Part shown: piece after piece, positions 13,344 through 25,675 of the stretch
Position numbering within the stretch: the stretch's first letter is position 1
How the letters are laid out: each line of letters starts with the position of its first letter
Assembly (NCBI GenBank): GCA_964188305.1
Contig: OZ076888.1
Direction: 5' to 3' (one strand)
DNA length: 64,000 nucleotides
Source: Podarcis bocagei
Taxonomy: Eukaryota
Translations under genes and position numbers: made by a program
The notes under the pieces: generated by a model
The model's database searches: none
Seen by the model: the letters and a program-made list of their open reading frames with translations, nothing else
What the model was told of the DNA's origin: nothing

Positions 13344-15354
13344 TATTTGCTTTGGTGTTTTAATATAGTTGTTGTTTGAAGGGTGCCTGTAAACCACCTG
13401 GAGGGGACTTGTACCTTGAAAGATGGGATATAAATTATTCTCATAATCAAGAAATATAGCGAATAGTACATGAATGTCCAATATCTCTGAAAGTGCTATC
13501 ATTGTATGGTGTGGATTCTAATACCAACAGAATTGTGAAGCCCTTTGCCATCTTGTTTCTGGGCTCAGGTGAAGGTGCTGGGTTTTCTGAGCAACAGTTT
13601 GACTAAATGGTCTAGGCCCTGATTATCTCATGGAACACTTTCTCCAAGATTGGAGACCAGTCAATAAGCACTTCTTGAAAACTGACATCTTTAAAGGGCC
13701 TCTTCTATCGGAGCCCAGGAACTTTGGAACTCCATTTGACTGCCCCTCTTCTCTACTATTGTGAACCTAAAAGTGGACAGTAACAGACAACTCACTCATA
13801 GTAATTCTTCATGCCATCAGAGCAGGAAATGTGTTCTACCTTGGACACATGTGTTTTACAACTTTTTCCGGTAACACAGTTTTGCAAAGTACAATGAAAT
13901 AGGGTTTAGTGGAGGTGGAATGACATTAAAATGTTTGTGGGTGGAGGAGAAGGTCCGTCATGTAACCTCACAAACATTTAATATGCATACCAGCCATTTC
14001 ACATTAAGCAAATATAAAGCAGTTTAAATCCCCAGGCATTTTGCTCCCTGCTTGTTCATTGCCCCCACTGGTTCATCTCTCATCCACGGACAATATCTTT
14101 GGCCCTTGCCAAACCAATTCGAGCTTGCCAAACTGGAATCTTTCACCTTTCCTGGCAGGAGTTCGCCTCCATGCCAACCACATTCCTGCCAGTTGCAACT
14201 TGCCTCTCCCAGTCTTCATTTACCCTGTCCCGGAGCAATGCAACTATTAATCTTGGTTGACGTTTTCCAAAATACTAATTGAGAAGTTAGATAGCAGACG
14301 ATCCAGCCCTAAAGGTAAAAACACTCTCCACTTAATGGCCTGCTTAATCATAACCAAGCGCTGGGATCCCTGGGAGAGGCAAGGAGAAGGAGGTAATAGA
14401 TTACAGCAGGTGAGAAAGAGAACCCACTAATGAGGCTAGAAAGGGGAGGAAACAGAAAATGGTAATATGTTTGTCTGGGGGCAGAATAGTGGGGCAAGCA
14501 GAAAGGGAAGTTTGGTGTGCTTTTCCTTGTAGAGCACTAGCTGTATGCAAGGAGATTCCTGGAGGATTAGAGAGAGTTCTCACAGAGAGAAAATAATAGT
14601 TTGGGGTTTGTGGAACTACCCTACACTGCCTTTAAACCAGGGCAGGTGGTTCCTTATTTTGTTCCACAGATGTTCCACGTCCTTGTACAGTAAGACATGT
14701 ACAGGCAGTTCCATTTGGTCCCCTTCCATTCCCTCTGCATACTCCTCCTCTTTGATTTACTATTTTCATTTTGTCACTTCTCTGACAGACAGTAACAAAC
14801 CTTTTACTTTCTTGCTAATTACTTCAAAATCAGAATACTATTTCTGAGAGAAGTTAAAATCTGGCTGAATAGCCTCTGGGAACAATTACACAGCAGCAAT
14901 TATGTAGGGATTTTAAATATATACTACATCAAGAGGCTTATAAATGCTTTAAATAAATAAATGGAATCAGAGGAGGATTTTTAGATTTCTCCTTTATAGG
15001 CTAAGTGTGCCTCATCTTTCAGCCTTTCCCTCAAATGTAGCATTTTTGGATGCAATTTTGCCAGATATACACATCTTTTGCAAGCGATCTTCCTTAATAT
15101 AACACATTTTATATGCCATTTTCACTAATATATGATTTTTTAATCCACATTTACCCCCCGCCCATAGACACATTTGTATATACATTATTTGGTTGGAGTT
15201 AGGCTTCACAAAATTCAGAGTTGCACAAATTCCAAAGGATAGGCTGCTTTTTAGTGCACATATTGTTTTGAAAAGTACAAATTAGGTAGGTTTGCATTAA
15301 AATCAGAATCAAACTGAAATTCTACCCCATCCCTCTCCCTAGGTGAGTCAAGCT

Positions 15355-15390
15355 ATACATACATACATACATACATACATACATACATAC
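15355..15390. repeat. (TACA)n microsatellite
   Basis: Perfect tetranucleotide run. Confidence 0.95.
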
Positions 15391-15437
15391 AATTATAGCA
15401 ACAGGTGTATAATGATTCCTTCAATATTGGGAAGGGG

Positions 15438-16494
15438 TGTATTGACGAATTTTACTGTAGTTTCTTGCGGCTCCTCCAGATGACCTATTGATTGAACATT
15501 CATTGTGTGGCCAGGCGGAGACCCTAGGCGACACCCGGGTAGAATAATGACTTGTGACAACGTGTTATGGGAGTAAAATTGACCACAACTTTATTAACTT
15601 TCAGATGTAGGAAGACCTTGGCTTAGGCATTGGGCATTTATCCCTCCCAGTCCCCAGCCAGGGATCTGGGGCACATCAGGGTTATCTACGGTAATCTGTT
15701 TGGAGATTGGGCTGGCTCTGGAAGACGCATGTTTAAGCAGAGAGCCCGCCTCCCATTTCACCGCAACACAGGGGAGTGCACTGACAACCTTTCAACGTAT
15801 GGCCAGTGACTGCCCTCAACACAAACTCTTTAACGGGGAACACTGGGATTGCCACCGCGGGGGGGGGGCGTGTTTCACCGCTTCATGCCCTCCCATTTAG
15901 GGAAGATAAACTAAAGAATTCCGCCCAAGGCCTATAACCACCAAAGTTGTGACGTTATGCTTAAAGAGCGAACCCAACCCTTACTTGGGCTGGGAGTGTG
16001 GCGTAGTGGTTAACAGCAGTGGACTCGTAATCTGGTGAACCGGGTTCATGTCTCCGCTCCTCCACATGCAGCTACTGGGTGACCTTGGGCTAGTCACACT
16101 TTTCTGAAGTCTCTCAGCCCCACTCACCTCACAGAGTGTTTGTTGTGGGGGAGGAAGGGAAAGGAGAACATTAGCCACTTTGAAACTCCTTCGGGTAGTG
16201 ATAAAGCAGGATATCAAATCCAAACTCTTCTTCTCTTCTACTTGGTCCATTCCCCTGGCAATGCCTCCTCAGTCGCTACTGGTTCTTTGAACTGAGGTTT
16301 GGCAGGAACCTCAAGGTTTATGACTTGGGGAGGCGGTCCAGGAGTGCTCTGCCGGGAGACATGTAGGGTGGGGGGTGCTGCTGCACGTGAGGGAACGCAA
16401 AGGGCGCCCTCCATTTGATGTGGAGAGCGGTCATTCTGATTTGCTTGCATAAAACGTATGCAGAAATTATATGATGCCCATTCTTTACTGAACA
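15438..16494 (-). mobile_element. Possible solo LTR interrupted by the SINE at 15989-16238
   Basis: CpG-retaining segment beginning TG and ending CA, with a minus-strand AATAAA at ~15590; no TSD identified. Confidence 0.3.
15989..16238 (+). mobile_element. tRNA-derived SINE (Squam3-like)
   Basis: A-box-like tggcgtagtgg and B-box-like ggttcatgtc; ctcttc tail; 7-bp TSD TACTTGG (15982-15988 and 16239-16245). Confidence 0.8.
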
Positions 16495-18716
16495 TTCGTT
16501 CTCATTTGTTTGCAGGGAGGCTATATGACAATGAGCATTCACCCCAGTTTGTTTGATGAGAGCTTATACATCCTCCTATCAACCAATTCTTATCATAAAG
16601 TTTTTAGCGTATTTTCCCATCACTTTCCTAACCAGAAGTCCATTAAAAAGGGAATTTTTTGCATCAGAACACCACAGCACTTTAATCCACTTTGTAACAG
16701 TACAAAGCTACCGGTAACTTTCTGGTATGCAGTGGAATCCTTCCCACAAAACGGTGGCAGTCTGGAGGTGGACTACATCAAGTAATAAGTCTACTCATGA
16801 TGTAAAATGTCGTTTCCTGTCGTTTGCAATTCACATTTATTTGAACCTTGTTTTACATAAACAGCCTCCCACTTGAGTGACTTCAGATTGTTTTTCTCTC
16901 AGTACATATCAGTTTATCTGACCTTTCCTGGAACATTATGAGATCTGTACTAAGAAGTGGCATTAAGTGAGTTTATTAAGCCGAGGGTCTCTAATCACAA
17001 ATGTGTGCTCTGCGGGATTCTGCAAAGCTCGTGAACAGGTTTTATAGGAGGGGTATTTATTCTGTGAGGCCATGTATATCCAAAAAGAACACAGCTGTTC
17101 TGGAAGTTAAGTTATGTACTTGTATGTCTCATCTCAATACACTGATGGGGTTTTCCGAAGGTTGATGGAGATGAAACCTCTAGCACTCACTGGCTGAGCT
17201 GTCCTAATGTTACAGAGAGGGAGGTGGGCAGAGATTTCTGGCAGCCATTGACTGAAGAGATGGCAAAGAGACCAACGCGAAGGTTGCAGGAAGGAGGCAG
17301 GGCATTGCAGTGACCTAGAAAAGCAGGGACAGAGGACATGGGAAGGCTGTGTGGCGAGACAAAGAGTGGGCTTAGAAAATGGTCCAGAGTAGTGGTTTTC
17401 AATCTTGGGTCGCCAGATGTTGTTGGACTCCCGTTATCCTCAGTCAGCTTAGTCAATAGTCAAGAATGATGGGAATTGTAGTCTAACATCTGAGGACCTA
17501 AAACTGAAGAACACTGGTTCATTGGAATGAATGGAGTGTGAGGAATGTGAAAATCATTAGTGAGGTGTGCATAGAACAAACTTCAAATGTAAGGCGGTCT
17601 GGAATTGTTGCATATTATTTTCGCATAGTCAGTCAAGTATTTGGTTACAGGCCTCAAGTATTTATTTATTTCCCCTGCCACCATTGTATTTATTTATTTC
17701 TATCTGCCCCCACTGCTTTCTACCTGTTGACCTCTGCATGGCAATTGTGTAGTCTAGGACCCAGTTTACTACCACATTCCATCAAAAATAATCCTCCGCC
17801 ACCCCAAACTTTTTCCCCAGGCTGCTCCCATGTCAGAGCAAGTTTCCCTTTCGCTCCAAGTTCCGTGGGATATGCTCAGATTGTCTGCATGAGGCGGCAA
17901 AGCGAGGGGAGGGCTGCAAAAGTGTGCCTGGGATTCTCCTTCCACTCAGATGCATTAGATCTGATCGACATCGGGAGTGAGCGCGGTGCTGAGAGTCGCT
18001 ACCCAGCCTGCGAAGTGAAGCCGCGTCGCCATAAGCGGAGAGCGCCGATTCCTTCCTGAAAAGAAATTCGGACTGATTCCCCGTGAGTAAGAACTGAAAA
18101 ATAACCGGGACTCTTTCAATTTTAAAAATTGGGCTAAAAACGGGGGAGATTTAAACAAAGGAAGTCTGCCTCCCCCCGACTGCATGAAAGCGAAAGCAAC
18201 GGAGCTCTAAACCTGCATCCGTTTAAATCCGTCCTTTGATCAGCTAAACCGGACATTTAAACCTTTGATCTCCCCTCTAGCAAGCAGGGCAGAGGGGAGG
18301 TGAATCTGACCATTAACTGCATGATTTATTTGGAGGAAAAAAACCTCTGCTGTCTCATCTGTTTGAAAGTACGAAACGGTCTGCCTTCTTAGTACACTGA
18401 ACTGACTTTTCCCTGTGAAGTGATACTTTGATACAAAGTTTCCACACTGCCTGACTATTGCATATTATAAGAAGAAACAGTATAAATTGGGCAACTGTGG
18501 CAATTTGAAGTTATAAGTATTTAGTAACATTGACTTTGACTGTGTTAATCTCCCTTTTTCTTACTTTTTGGACTGTCCCCTTTGTTTTGGTACTTGGAAA
18601 TTTCGCTCTATGGCCATTTTGATTTGCTCCCCCTAGAGGATAAAGTAAAGTTCGGCACGGCTTAAGACAGTGGAATTTTCCAAGGGAGAACAAATCCCGT
18701 GGGAATTGACCTTGAC

Positions 18717-19748
18717 ATGAGTGGCCCACAAGAAGAGATAGTCACAAGAGCCAAGATCAAGCAACAACAACAACAACAACAGTTGCAGCTGCAACAGGCA
18801 AAGAAAAGAGGCTCAATCTCAGGCGCAACAGCCGGATCAGCAGGAACAACAGGTCAAGACAAAGGAGCAGCCGTTTCTATGGAAGCTGTGACAGAGGCCC
18901 TGCTCAAGATAAACCAAACCCTGGAGTCTTTGACAAAACAGACTTCAGAGAACACACAAAAATTAACAGAAATATCGGCAAGATTAAACCAGAATACAGA
19001 ATCTATAAATAAATTGGTAGAGGAGAACGCCACCACGCGCCAAATTGCCGAGGAGGCCAAAGCCACTGCCGGAGAGACACAGGAGAAGCTAGAGCCGCTT
19101 GCCAAGAAGGTCTATGAGCATGATGCAACTTTGGCCTTGTGGGAGTTACAGAGGAAAGAGAGAAATTTAAAATTAAGACTGATTCCGGAGAATGAAAGAG
19201 ACAGCCTTGTGGAATACTTGACACGGGAGTTTGCGGATTGCTGGGACCTTGAGGAAGACGAATTTAAAATTACGACTGCCTTCAGATTGGGTAAAAAGCA
19301 AGATAGAAAGACACCGAGAGACTGTCTGATTACACTCAGATCCAAGGAGGAAAGAGACAAAATATTAGGATTACACTTTGAAAAGGCCCTGCAAATTGGA
19401 AATTCAGCTGTACAGATCTTCAAAGACATCCCAAAATACATTTTGGATTTAAGAAACTTTTACAAGGACTTGGTTCTCTTGCTAAAGAAGAACACTATTC
19501 GCTTTAGGTGGGAGTTTCCACAAGGACTGTCATTTGACTACAAGGCAAAGAAAGTGAAAATAAAGACAATTCAAGATAAAGACAAATTTTTGGCAAGATA
19601 CCAGGAGGATTTACAGAAGGGGACTGTGGACGTACTTGCAGAACAGAGGAGAGCACTGGACATCCTGAATCTCTCGTTTGGACAAAAACCACCACCATCA
19701 GAAGAAGAGCAACAACTTGGAGCTGTTGGAGGAGCCTTAAGAAAATAA
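18717..19748 (+). CDS. L1 ORF1p (coiled coil + RRM-like region + C-terminal domain), 343 aa
   Basis: Heptad-rich N-terminal half, then NLKLRLIPE, AFRLGK, PRDCLITL, IFKDIP, FRWEFP, typical of vertebrate L1 ORF1. Confidence 0.9.
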   Translation: MSGPQEEIVTRAKIKQQQQQQQLQLQQAKKRGSISGATAGSAGTTGQDKGAAVSMEAVTEALLKINQTLESLTKQTSENTQKLTEISARLNQNTESINKLVEENATTRQIAEEAKATAGETQEKLEPLAKKVYEHDATLALWELQRKERNLKLRLIPENERDSLVEYLTREFADCWDLEEDEFKITTAFRLGKKQDRKTPRDCLITLRSKEERDKILGLHFEKALQIGNSAVQIFKDIPKYILDLRNFYKDLVLLLKKNTIRFRWEFPQGLSFDYKAKKVKIKTIQDKDKFLARYQEDLQKGTVDVLAEQRRALDILNLSFGQKPPPSEEEQQLGAVGGALRK

Positions 19749-19752
19749 CAAG

Positions 19753-22700
19753 ATGGCTCTGCAATTCCTTAGTTGGAATTGTAATGGGCTCAATGGGCCT
19801 TTGAAGAGAAGACAAGTATTTCATATATTGAATAAAGAACAATTGGACTTGATATGCTTACAAGAAACTCACATAACCAGAGCTCACAGGAGATTACTTT
19901 CAAATAAAAGGCTAGGACAAGAATTTATTTCATCAGACAAAGTTAAGAAGAGAGGAGTTGTAATATATGTGAAGGAGAAATGGGCTCCAAAAATGATATT
20001 CAAAGATGAACAAGGGAGATATCTGGCTGTGGAGATACAAGTACAAGGAGAAAAATTCTTAGTTGTTGGAATTTATGCACCAAATGAAGGCAAATCCGAC
20101 TTCTTTAAGAGACTTCATGAAACTTTGATGGACTATTTGGATTACAATATGATAATTATGGGAGACATGAATGGCGTGGTCTCCACTAATATGGACAAGG
20201 CACAAAGACTTACAGTCACCAAAGAAGGGAGACTCCCTAAGACTTTCTTTGAAATGACTGAAAATATGGACTTGATAGATATTTGGAGAACAAGGAACCC
20301 TCTGGAGAGAGAGGGAACCTTTTTCTCCCAAGCAATGATGACCTGGACCAGAATTGACCAAATCTGGGTTACTAGTGGAATGGCCCCAAAGATTAAGAAA
20401 GTGGAAATCTGCCCAAAAACTTGCTCCGACCATAACGCCGTGAAGATGGAGATGAAACTCACAATATCTGGTCAATTTAGATGGAGAATGAATGACACCC
20501 TCTTTCGAGATAAGGAGATTCTCACGAAGGCCCAAAAGACTCTAAAAGACTATTTTGAAATAAATTTGAGGACCGACGTGGAGAAAAGAGTGATCTGGGA
20601 CGCAAGTAAAGCGGTGATGAGAGGATTCTTGATTCAACAAAACTCAATAAAGAGGAGAAAACAAAATGAGAAAAAAGAGAAGATTCTGGAAATGATAAAA
20701 GAAGGAGAGAGGAAATTAAGAACAAAACCAAAGTCTCAGGACATCTTAAGAGAGATCAAATTATATCAAACACAATATATGGAATTGATGAACCAAGAGA
20801 TTGAATGGAAGATAAGGCAAATGAAGCAAAAGACTTTTGAATCAGCAAATAAATGTGGCAAACTTTTGGCATGGCAACTGAAGAAAAGGCAGAAACTAAA
20901 TACAGTTACAAGCCTGGAGGTGGATGGAAAGAATATATCTAAACCCAATGAAATTAGAAATTGCTTTTTAAGTTACTTTAAAAAACTCTACACTCAAGGC
21001 CCGCAAAATGAAGAAGATATAGACAAATTCCTTGGAAAATATGGACTACAAAATATCTCTCATCAAAGTAAGATGGACTTGAACCAGAGAATCTCAGAAC
21101 AAGAGATAGAGGCTGCCATTCAGAATATGCAACTGGGCAAATCTCCGGGACCAGATGGACTGACTTCCAGATACTACAAATCGTTGAAGGAATGGTTGAC
21201 TCAACCATTAAGAGAAGTTTGTAATGAGATCCTTGAAGGAAAAAGGGCACCTGAATCGTGGAAAGAGGCATATATTTCACTCATACCAAAGTCAGAGACT
21301 GAAAAGACCCAACTCAAGAACTACCGCCCAATATCATTGCTCAATGTGGATTACAAAATTTTTGCAGACATTTTGGCAAAAAGACTCAAAAGAGTTTTGA
21401 TGGAGATGATTCATAAGGACCAAGCAGGCTTTCTCCCTAAAAGACACCTGGCAGACAATGTAAGGAATGTAATAGACATTCTGGAAAAGCTAGAGGTGAA
21501 TATAAACACTAAAGCAGTATTGATCTTTGTGGACGCGGAGAAAGCCTTCGACAATATTTCTTGGAGTTTTATGAAGAAGAATCTTCATAGGATGGGGGTA
21601 GGCCGGGGTTTTGAGAATGGTATGGCTGCAATATACTCTGAACAAAAAGCCAAACTGATTGTAATTAATGTTGTGACTGAGGAGCTTAAGATAGAAAAAG
21701 GAACACGACAGGGGTGCCCGATTTCCCCATTACTCTTTATTTCAGTTCTGGAGGTGTTGCTGAATATGATAAGAAATGACCAGCAGGTTAAAGGTGTGCA
21801 GGTCGGAGCTAAACATTACAAGTTAAGAGCGTTCGCAGATGACTTAGTATTGACTTTGCAAGAGCCAAACACTAGTACGAAAAAGGTATTAGAAATAATA
21901 CAACAGTTTGGCCAGGTAGCTGGATTTAAGTTGAACAAGCAAAAAACCAAAGTTTTAGGGAAAAACCTAACAGATATGGAAAAGGAGAAATTTCAAGAGG
22001 AAACAGGTTTGACTGTGGTCAAGAAGGTCAAATATCTAGGGGTTTATCTAACATCCAAGAATCAGAATTTGTATAAGGACAATTATGAAAAATGTTGGTC
22101 AGAAATTAAAAAAGATTTAGAAATATGGTCAAATTTGAAACTGTCAGTGTTAGGCCGAATTGCAGTAATTAAAATGAATGTATTGCCTAGAATGTTATTT
22201 TTGTTTCAGACCTTGCAGATTATTGATAAGATGGAATGTTTTAAGAGGTGGCACAAAGACATCTCGAAATTTGTCTGGCAGGGCAAAAAGCCCCGAATTA
22301 AATTTAAAATATTGACAGATGCTAAAGAAAGAGGGGGTTTTGCCCTGCCGGACCTAAAATTGTATTATGAGGCAGCAGCTTTTTGCTGGCTCAAAGAATG
22401 GATGCTCCTCGAGAATACAGACATCTTGGATCTGGAAGGTTTCAATAACGCTTTTGGTTGGCATGCATATCTTTGGTATGATAAAGTTAACAGTGCCTTC
22501 AAAAATCACATTGTCAGAAAAGCATTGTTTAATGTTTGGATAAGATATAAAGATCTATTGGAAAACAAAACCCCTAGATGGGTGTCACCAGTGGAGGCTA
22601 AAGCAGTGAAAAAACTCAATATGGAGGTCGGATGGCCGAAGTATTGGGAAATTTTAGAACAGGATGGAGATAAGTTCAAATTACAAAGTCAGGAGAAATT

Positions 22701-23484
22701 GAAGCATAAAGTGGAAAATTGGTTCCAATATCGTCAAATAATGGAATTTTTTAAACAGGACAGGAAAGTCGGCTTCCAGGTGGAAAAATCAAAATTAGAA
22801 ACCGAATTGTTAGAACCCAATACTAAGAATTTATCTAGAATGTACAACTTGTTGTTGAAATGGAACACACAGGATGAAACAGTTAAATCGGCTATGATTA
22901 AGTGGGCTCAGGATGTTGGACATAACATTATGTCAGCTGACTGGGAATGGTTATGGAACACCGGTATAAAATTTACGGCATGTAATGCCTTAAAGGAAAA
23001 CATCATGAAAATGGTATACAGGTGGTACATGACCCCAGTCAAGCTGGCAAAAATCTATCATTTGCCCGATAACAAATGTTGGAAGTCTAAAGAGACTGAA
23101 GGTACCTTTTATCACCTTTGGTGGACATGCCCGAAGATTAAGGCCTTCTGGGAAATGATCTATAATGAAATGAAAAAGGTACTTAAATGTACTTTTTCTA
23201 AAAAACCAGAGGCCTTCCTCTTGGGCATTGTCGGCCAATTGGTGACAAAGAAAGATAGAGCTTTTTTCATGTATGCCACAACAGCAGCAAGAATACTCAT
23301 CGCAAAGTATTGGAAGACACAAGACCTACCCACTTTGGAAGAATGGCAGATGAAAGTGATGGACTACATGACATTGGCCGAGATGACAGGCAGAATCCGT
23401 GACCAACGAAAAGAGACGGTAGAAGAAGAATGGAGAAAATTTAAAAGCTATCTTAAGGACTACTACAAACTTAATGAATGTTAA
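19753..23484 (+). CDS. L1 ORF2p (APE endonuclease + reverse transcriptase), 1243 aa
   Basis: Endonuclease motifs SWNCNGL, LQETH, IYAPN, GDMN, RID, SDH; RT motifs KSPGPDG, YRPISLLN, DAEKAFD, GTRQGCPISP, FADD, KYLG; no internal stops. Confidence 0.95.
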   Translation: MALQFLSWNCNGLNGPLKRRQVFHILNKEQLDLICLQETHITRAHRRLLSNKRLGQEFISSDKVKKRGVVIYVKEKWAPKMIFKDEQGRYLAVEIQVQGEKFLVVGIYAPNEGKSDFFKRLHETLMDYLDYNMIIMGDMNGVVSTNMDKAQRLTVTKEGRLPKTFFEMTENMDLIDIWRTRNPLEREGTFFSQAMMTWTRIDQIWVTSGMAPKIKKVEICPKTCSDHNAVKMEMKLTISGQFRWRMNDTLFRDKEILTKAQKTLKDYFEINLRTDVEKRVIWDASKAVMRGFLIQQNSIKRRKQNEKKEKILEMIKEGERKLRTKPKSQDILREIKLYQTQYMELMNQEIEWKIRQMKQKTFESANKCGKLLAWQLKKRQKLNTVTSLEVDGKNISKPNEIRNCFLSYFKKLYTQGPQNEEDIDKFLGKYGLQNISHQSKMDLNQRISEQEIEAAIQNMQLGKSPGPDGLTSRYYKSLKEWLTQPLREVCNEILEGKRAPESWKEAYISLIPKSETEKTQLKNYRPISLLNVDYKIFADILAKRLKRVLMEMIHKDQAGFLPKRHLADNVRNVIDILEKLEVNINTKAVLIFVDAEKAFDNISWSFMKKNLHRMGVGRGFENGMAAIYSEQKAKLIVINVVTEELKIEKGTRQGCPISPLLFISVLEVLLNMIRNDQQVKGVQVGAKHYKLRAFADDLVLTLQEPNTSTKKVLEIIQQFGQVAGFKLNKQKTKVLGKNLTDMEKEKFQEETGLTVVKKVKYLGVYLTSKNQNLYKDNYEKCWSEIKKDLEIWSNLKLSVLGRIAVIKMNVLPRMLFLFQTLQIIDKMECFKRWHKDISKFVWQGKKPRIKFKILTDAKERGGFALPDLKLYYEAAAFCWLKEWMLLENTDILDLEGFNNAFGWHAYLWYDKVNSAFKNHIVRKALFNVWIRYKDLLENKTPRWVSPVEAKAVKKLNMEVGWPKYWEILEQDGDKFKLQSQEKLKHKVENWFQYRQIMEFFKQDRKVGFQVEKSKLETELLEPNTKNLSRMYNLLLKWNTQDETVKSAMIKWAQDVGHNIMSADWEWLWNTGIKFTACNALKENIMKMVYRWYMTPVKLAKIYHLPDNKCWKSKETEGTFYHLWWTCPKIKAFWEMIYNEMKKVLKCTFSKKPEAFLLGIVGQLVTKKDRAFFMYATTAARILIAKYWKTQDLPTLEEWQMKVMDYMTLAEMTGRIRDQRKETVEEEWRKFKSYLKDYYKLNEC

Positions 23485-24365
23485 AATGTCGTAGTTTCCA
23501 GAAACAAAGGGGTACAGGGACATAAGGTCAGAGTGCAAGAGAGGACTAAGATGATAGAGATTGGAAAGTAATAATTGGGAGTTGCTAGTTGAACTATGGA
23601 CATTGGGATGCAGAGAGGGGGGGTATGGGGAAGTCCTAGAAAGGAGGTTTATGAAAATATGTTTGAAACTATACGTGTATGTTCGTCATTTTTAATGTTT
23701 GTCTGTTTTTTTTCAAAAATGTTGTAAAACCAATAAAAATTTTATAAAAAAAAAAATAGAAATGTATTGTTTTCTCAACTAATCCCGCTCATTACAGCAT
23801 AATAAAACACATAATAAAAACGTAATTCATTTTTCTTGAGCATTCCATCTCACAGCATCTTGGCAAGCTATTAAAAATTTGTCTTCATTTTTCTGGCAAG
23901 AGCCTTGTACCTTTTCATCTTTAATTTATGAGGGCAGCTTTGCAATTGACAAGTCTTATTGCACCGCAGACTCCTACATTATTTATCAGCCATTGATTGA
24001 TGGCTCATCCCAGATCCATCCGTGCAATATGCTAAGCTGGAGGAGGCGGGAGGGAACAGGGCAGAAGGCTCACATGGCAAGCAGATGGGGATGAGAGCCT
24101 TTGCAGGCAGCACCTGCCCCTCTTCCCTTGGCTTTGGGCTCAATTCTTTTCTCACTCACGTCAGGGCATGCTGTGCAAGTGGATTTTTCATATGTCACAA
24201 ATATATGTCCAATGTTGGCCAGAGACTTGGTTCTCTTGGTTAAGTCACTATTGATCAGAGGTGGGAAGAAAGATCTGGATCAACTAATAGAACTCTGGGT
24301 GATCTGCTGTAGAATGGCAACGATTTCCGAATCCAAATTGGTTAACGATAGCAGCAACAAAATTA

Positions 24366-24366
<1 letters not shown>

Positions 24367-24414
<48 letters not shown>
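24367..24414. repeat. Compound (TC)n(AC)n microsatellite
   Basis: Direct reading. Confidence 0.95.
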
Positions 24415-24415
<1 letters not shown>

Positions 24416-24428
24416 AACATACATAGTA

Positions 24429-24662
24429 CAGTGGTACTTCGGGTTACATACGCTTCAGGTTACATGTGCTTCATGTTACAGACTCCGCTAACCCAGAAAT
24501 AGTACCTCGGGTTAAGAACTTTGCTTCAGGATGAGAACAGAAATTGTGTGGCGGCGGCGGTGGGAGGCCCCATTAGCTAAAGTGGTACCTCAGAGTAAGA
24601 ACAGTTTCAGGTTAAGAACGGACCTCCAGAACTAATTAAGTTCTTAACCCGAAGTACCACTG
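24429..24662. mobile_element. Tc1/mariner-type MITE
   Basis: TIRs cagtggtacttcgggtta / taacccgaagtaccactg; TA flanks. Confidence 0.85.
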
Positions 24663-25669
24663 TAATGAAATGAAGACTGCAGTAACTGGGAGTGGGTTTT
24701 TGTGCAGAGGAACTGCAAGCTTCATTTCATTCTGATATTCAAAACAAATTCCAAGGCTCGGAATACTCTCATTCCATGTGTATGTCTTTTACACCAGACT
24801 CTGGTTGGTGAATCTCTAGTAAAAAAACACCAAAGTGGATTCTGCAAGTCTGTACATCCCTGCAGAAAGTGACAAGCCCTGAGCACACAATTCCTCAGTG
24901 ATACAAATACATGCTTTCAGAACTTGTAAGTTCCCATGTTTGATCTTCAGTCAAAAGACTTCTAGATCAGAGCCTAAGTATTCTTCAGCATGTGCTTCCT
25001 CTGCTGTGGAAGAAATATGTAGATTGTTATGCACGATTATCACACATTGAGTTTTTGCTCTTTATACACGCAGTGGGAGCTCAAAAGTGGGCCACAACCT
25101 CCTAACACATGCACAAGTTTTTTGTTTCCTTTCCCTTCTTGTCTAGATCACATTCGCTCTCCCACTTTTTGTTGCTTGGTACATCAGAAAGCTTTAAAAC
25201 TGCAGGCCTGCAAGGAAGCCCCTGTGGTTTTAAATTAGCTTTGCACAGTGCTTAGTAACATTTAAGTGCTCTCAGAATAAATCACGACATGATGCGCTAC
25301 ATACAGGTTGTCTTTTGTGTAGGAATTTTGTAAAGTGAAAAATGGCCTGGAATGTGGGACACATCTTGGAGAGTATACTGATTTCTTTGCTCAAATGACA
25401 GCATAGCCCTTCCATGAACAGGAATAATCACTGTAATCATAAACGGATTAACCTTTGAAGAATGTGGGTGGGAATTAGGGGACCCACACTTGGAAGTTAG
25501 CAGGAAGCTTTTTGCCTTCATCGCCGGTAGGAGTAATTTTGGTCACATTTCCTTAAAACAAAACTCTGCATTAAAATCTGCTGTATGTGAGCAAGAAACA
25601 TAGCAATGCATTTTACCTGTCAGTTCAAGAAAACAGCAAAGACATGTGCAAGAGACAGAAATTATATTC

Positions 25670-25675
25670 TTTATT
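25670..25675 (-). terminator. SFXN3: Candidate SFXN3 polyadenylation signal (implies a ~3.4 kb 3' UTR)
   Basis: AATAAA on the minus strand followed by a U/GU-rich tract (ttctgtctcttgcacatgtctttgctgttttc). Other AATAAA hexamers lie closer to the stop codon. Confidence 0.45.

Larger units (their letters stand above)
17960..23756 (+). mobile_element. Near full-length L1 (LINE-1) retrotransposon; 5' end approximate
   Basis: CpG-rich 5' UTR, ORF1, 4-nt spacer, ORF2, G-rich 3' UTR, AATAAA at 23732 and an A-tail at 23746-23756. Confidence 0.92.

Noticed and set aside
17940-17970. Target-site duplication for the L1
   Set aside because: Only a 4-nt match (TAGA) to the sequence after the A-tail; too short to be meaningful.
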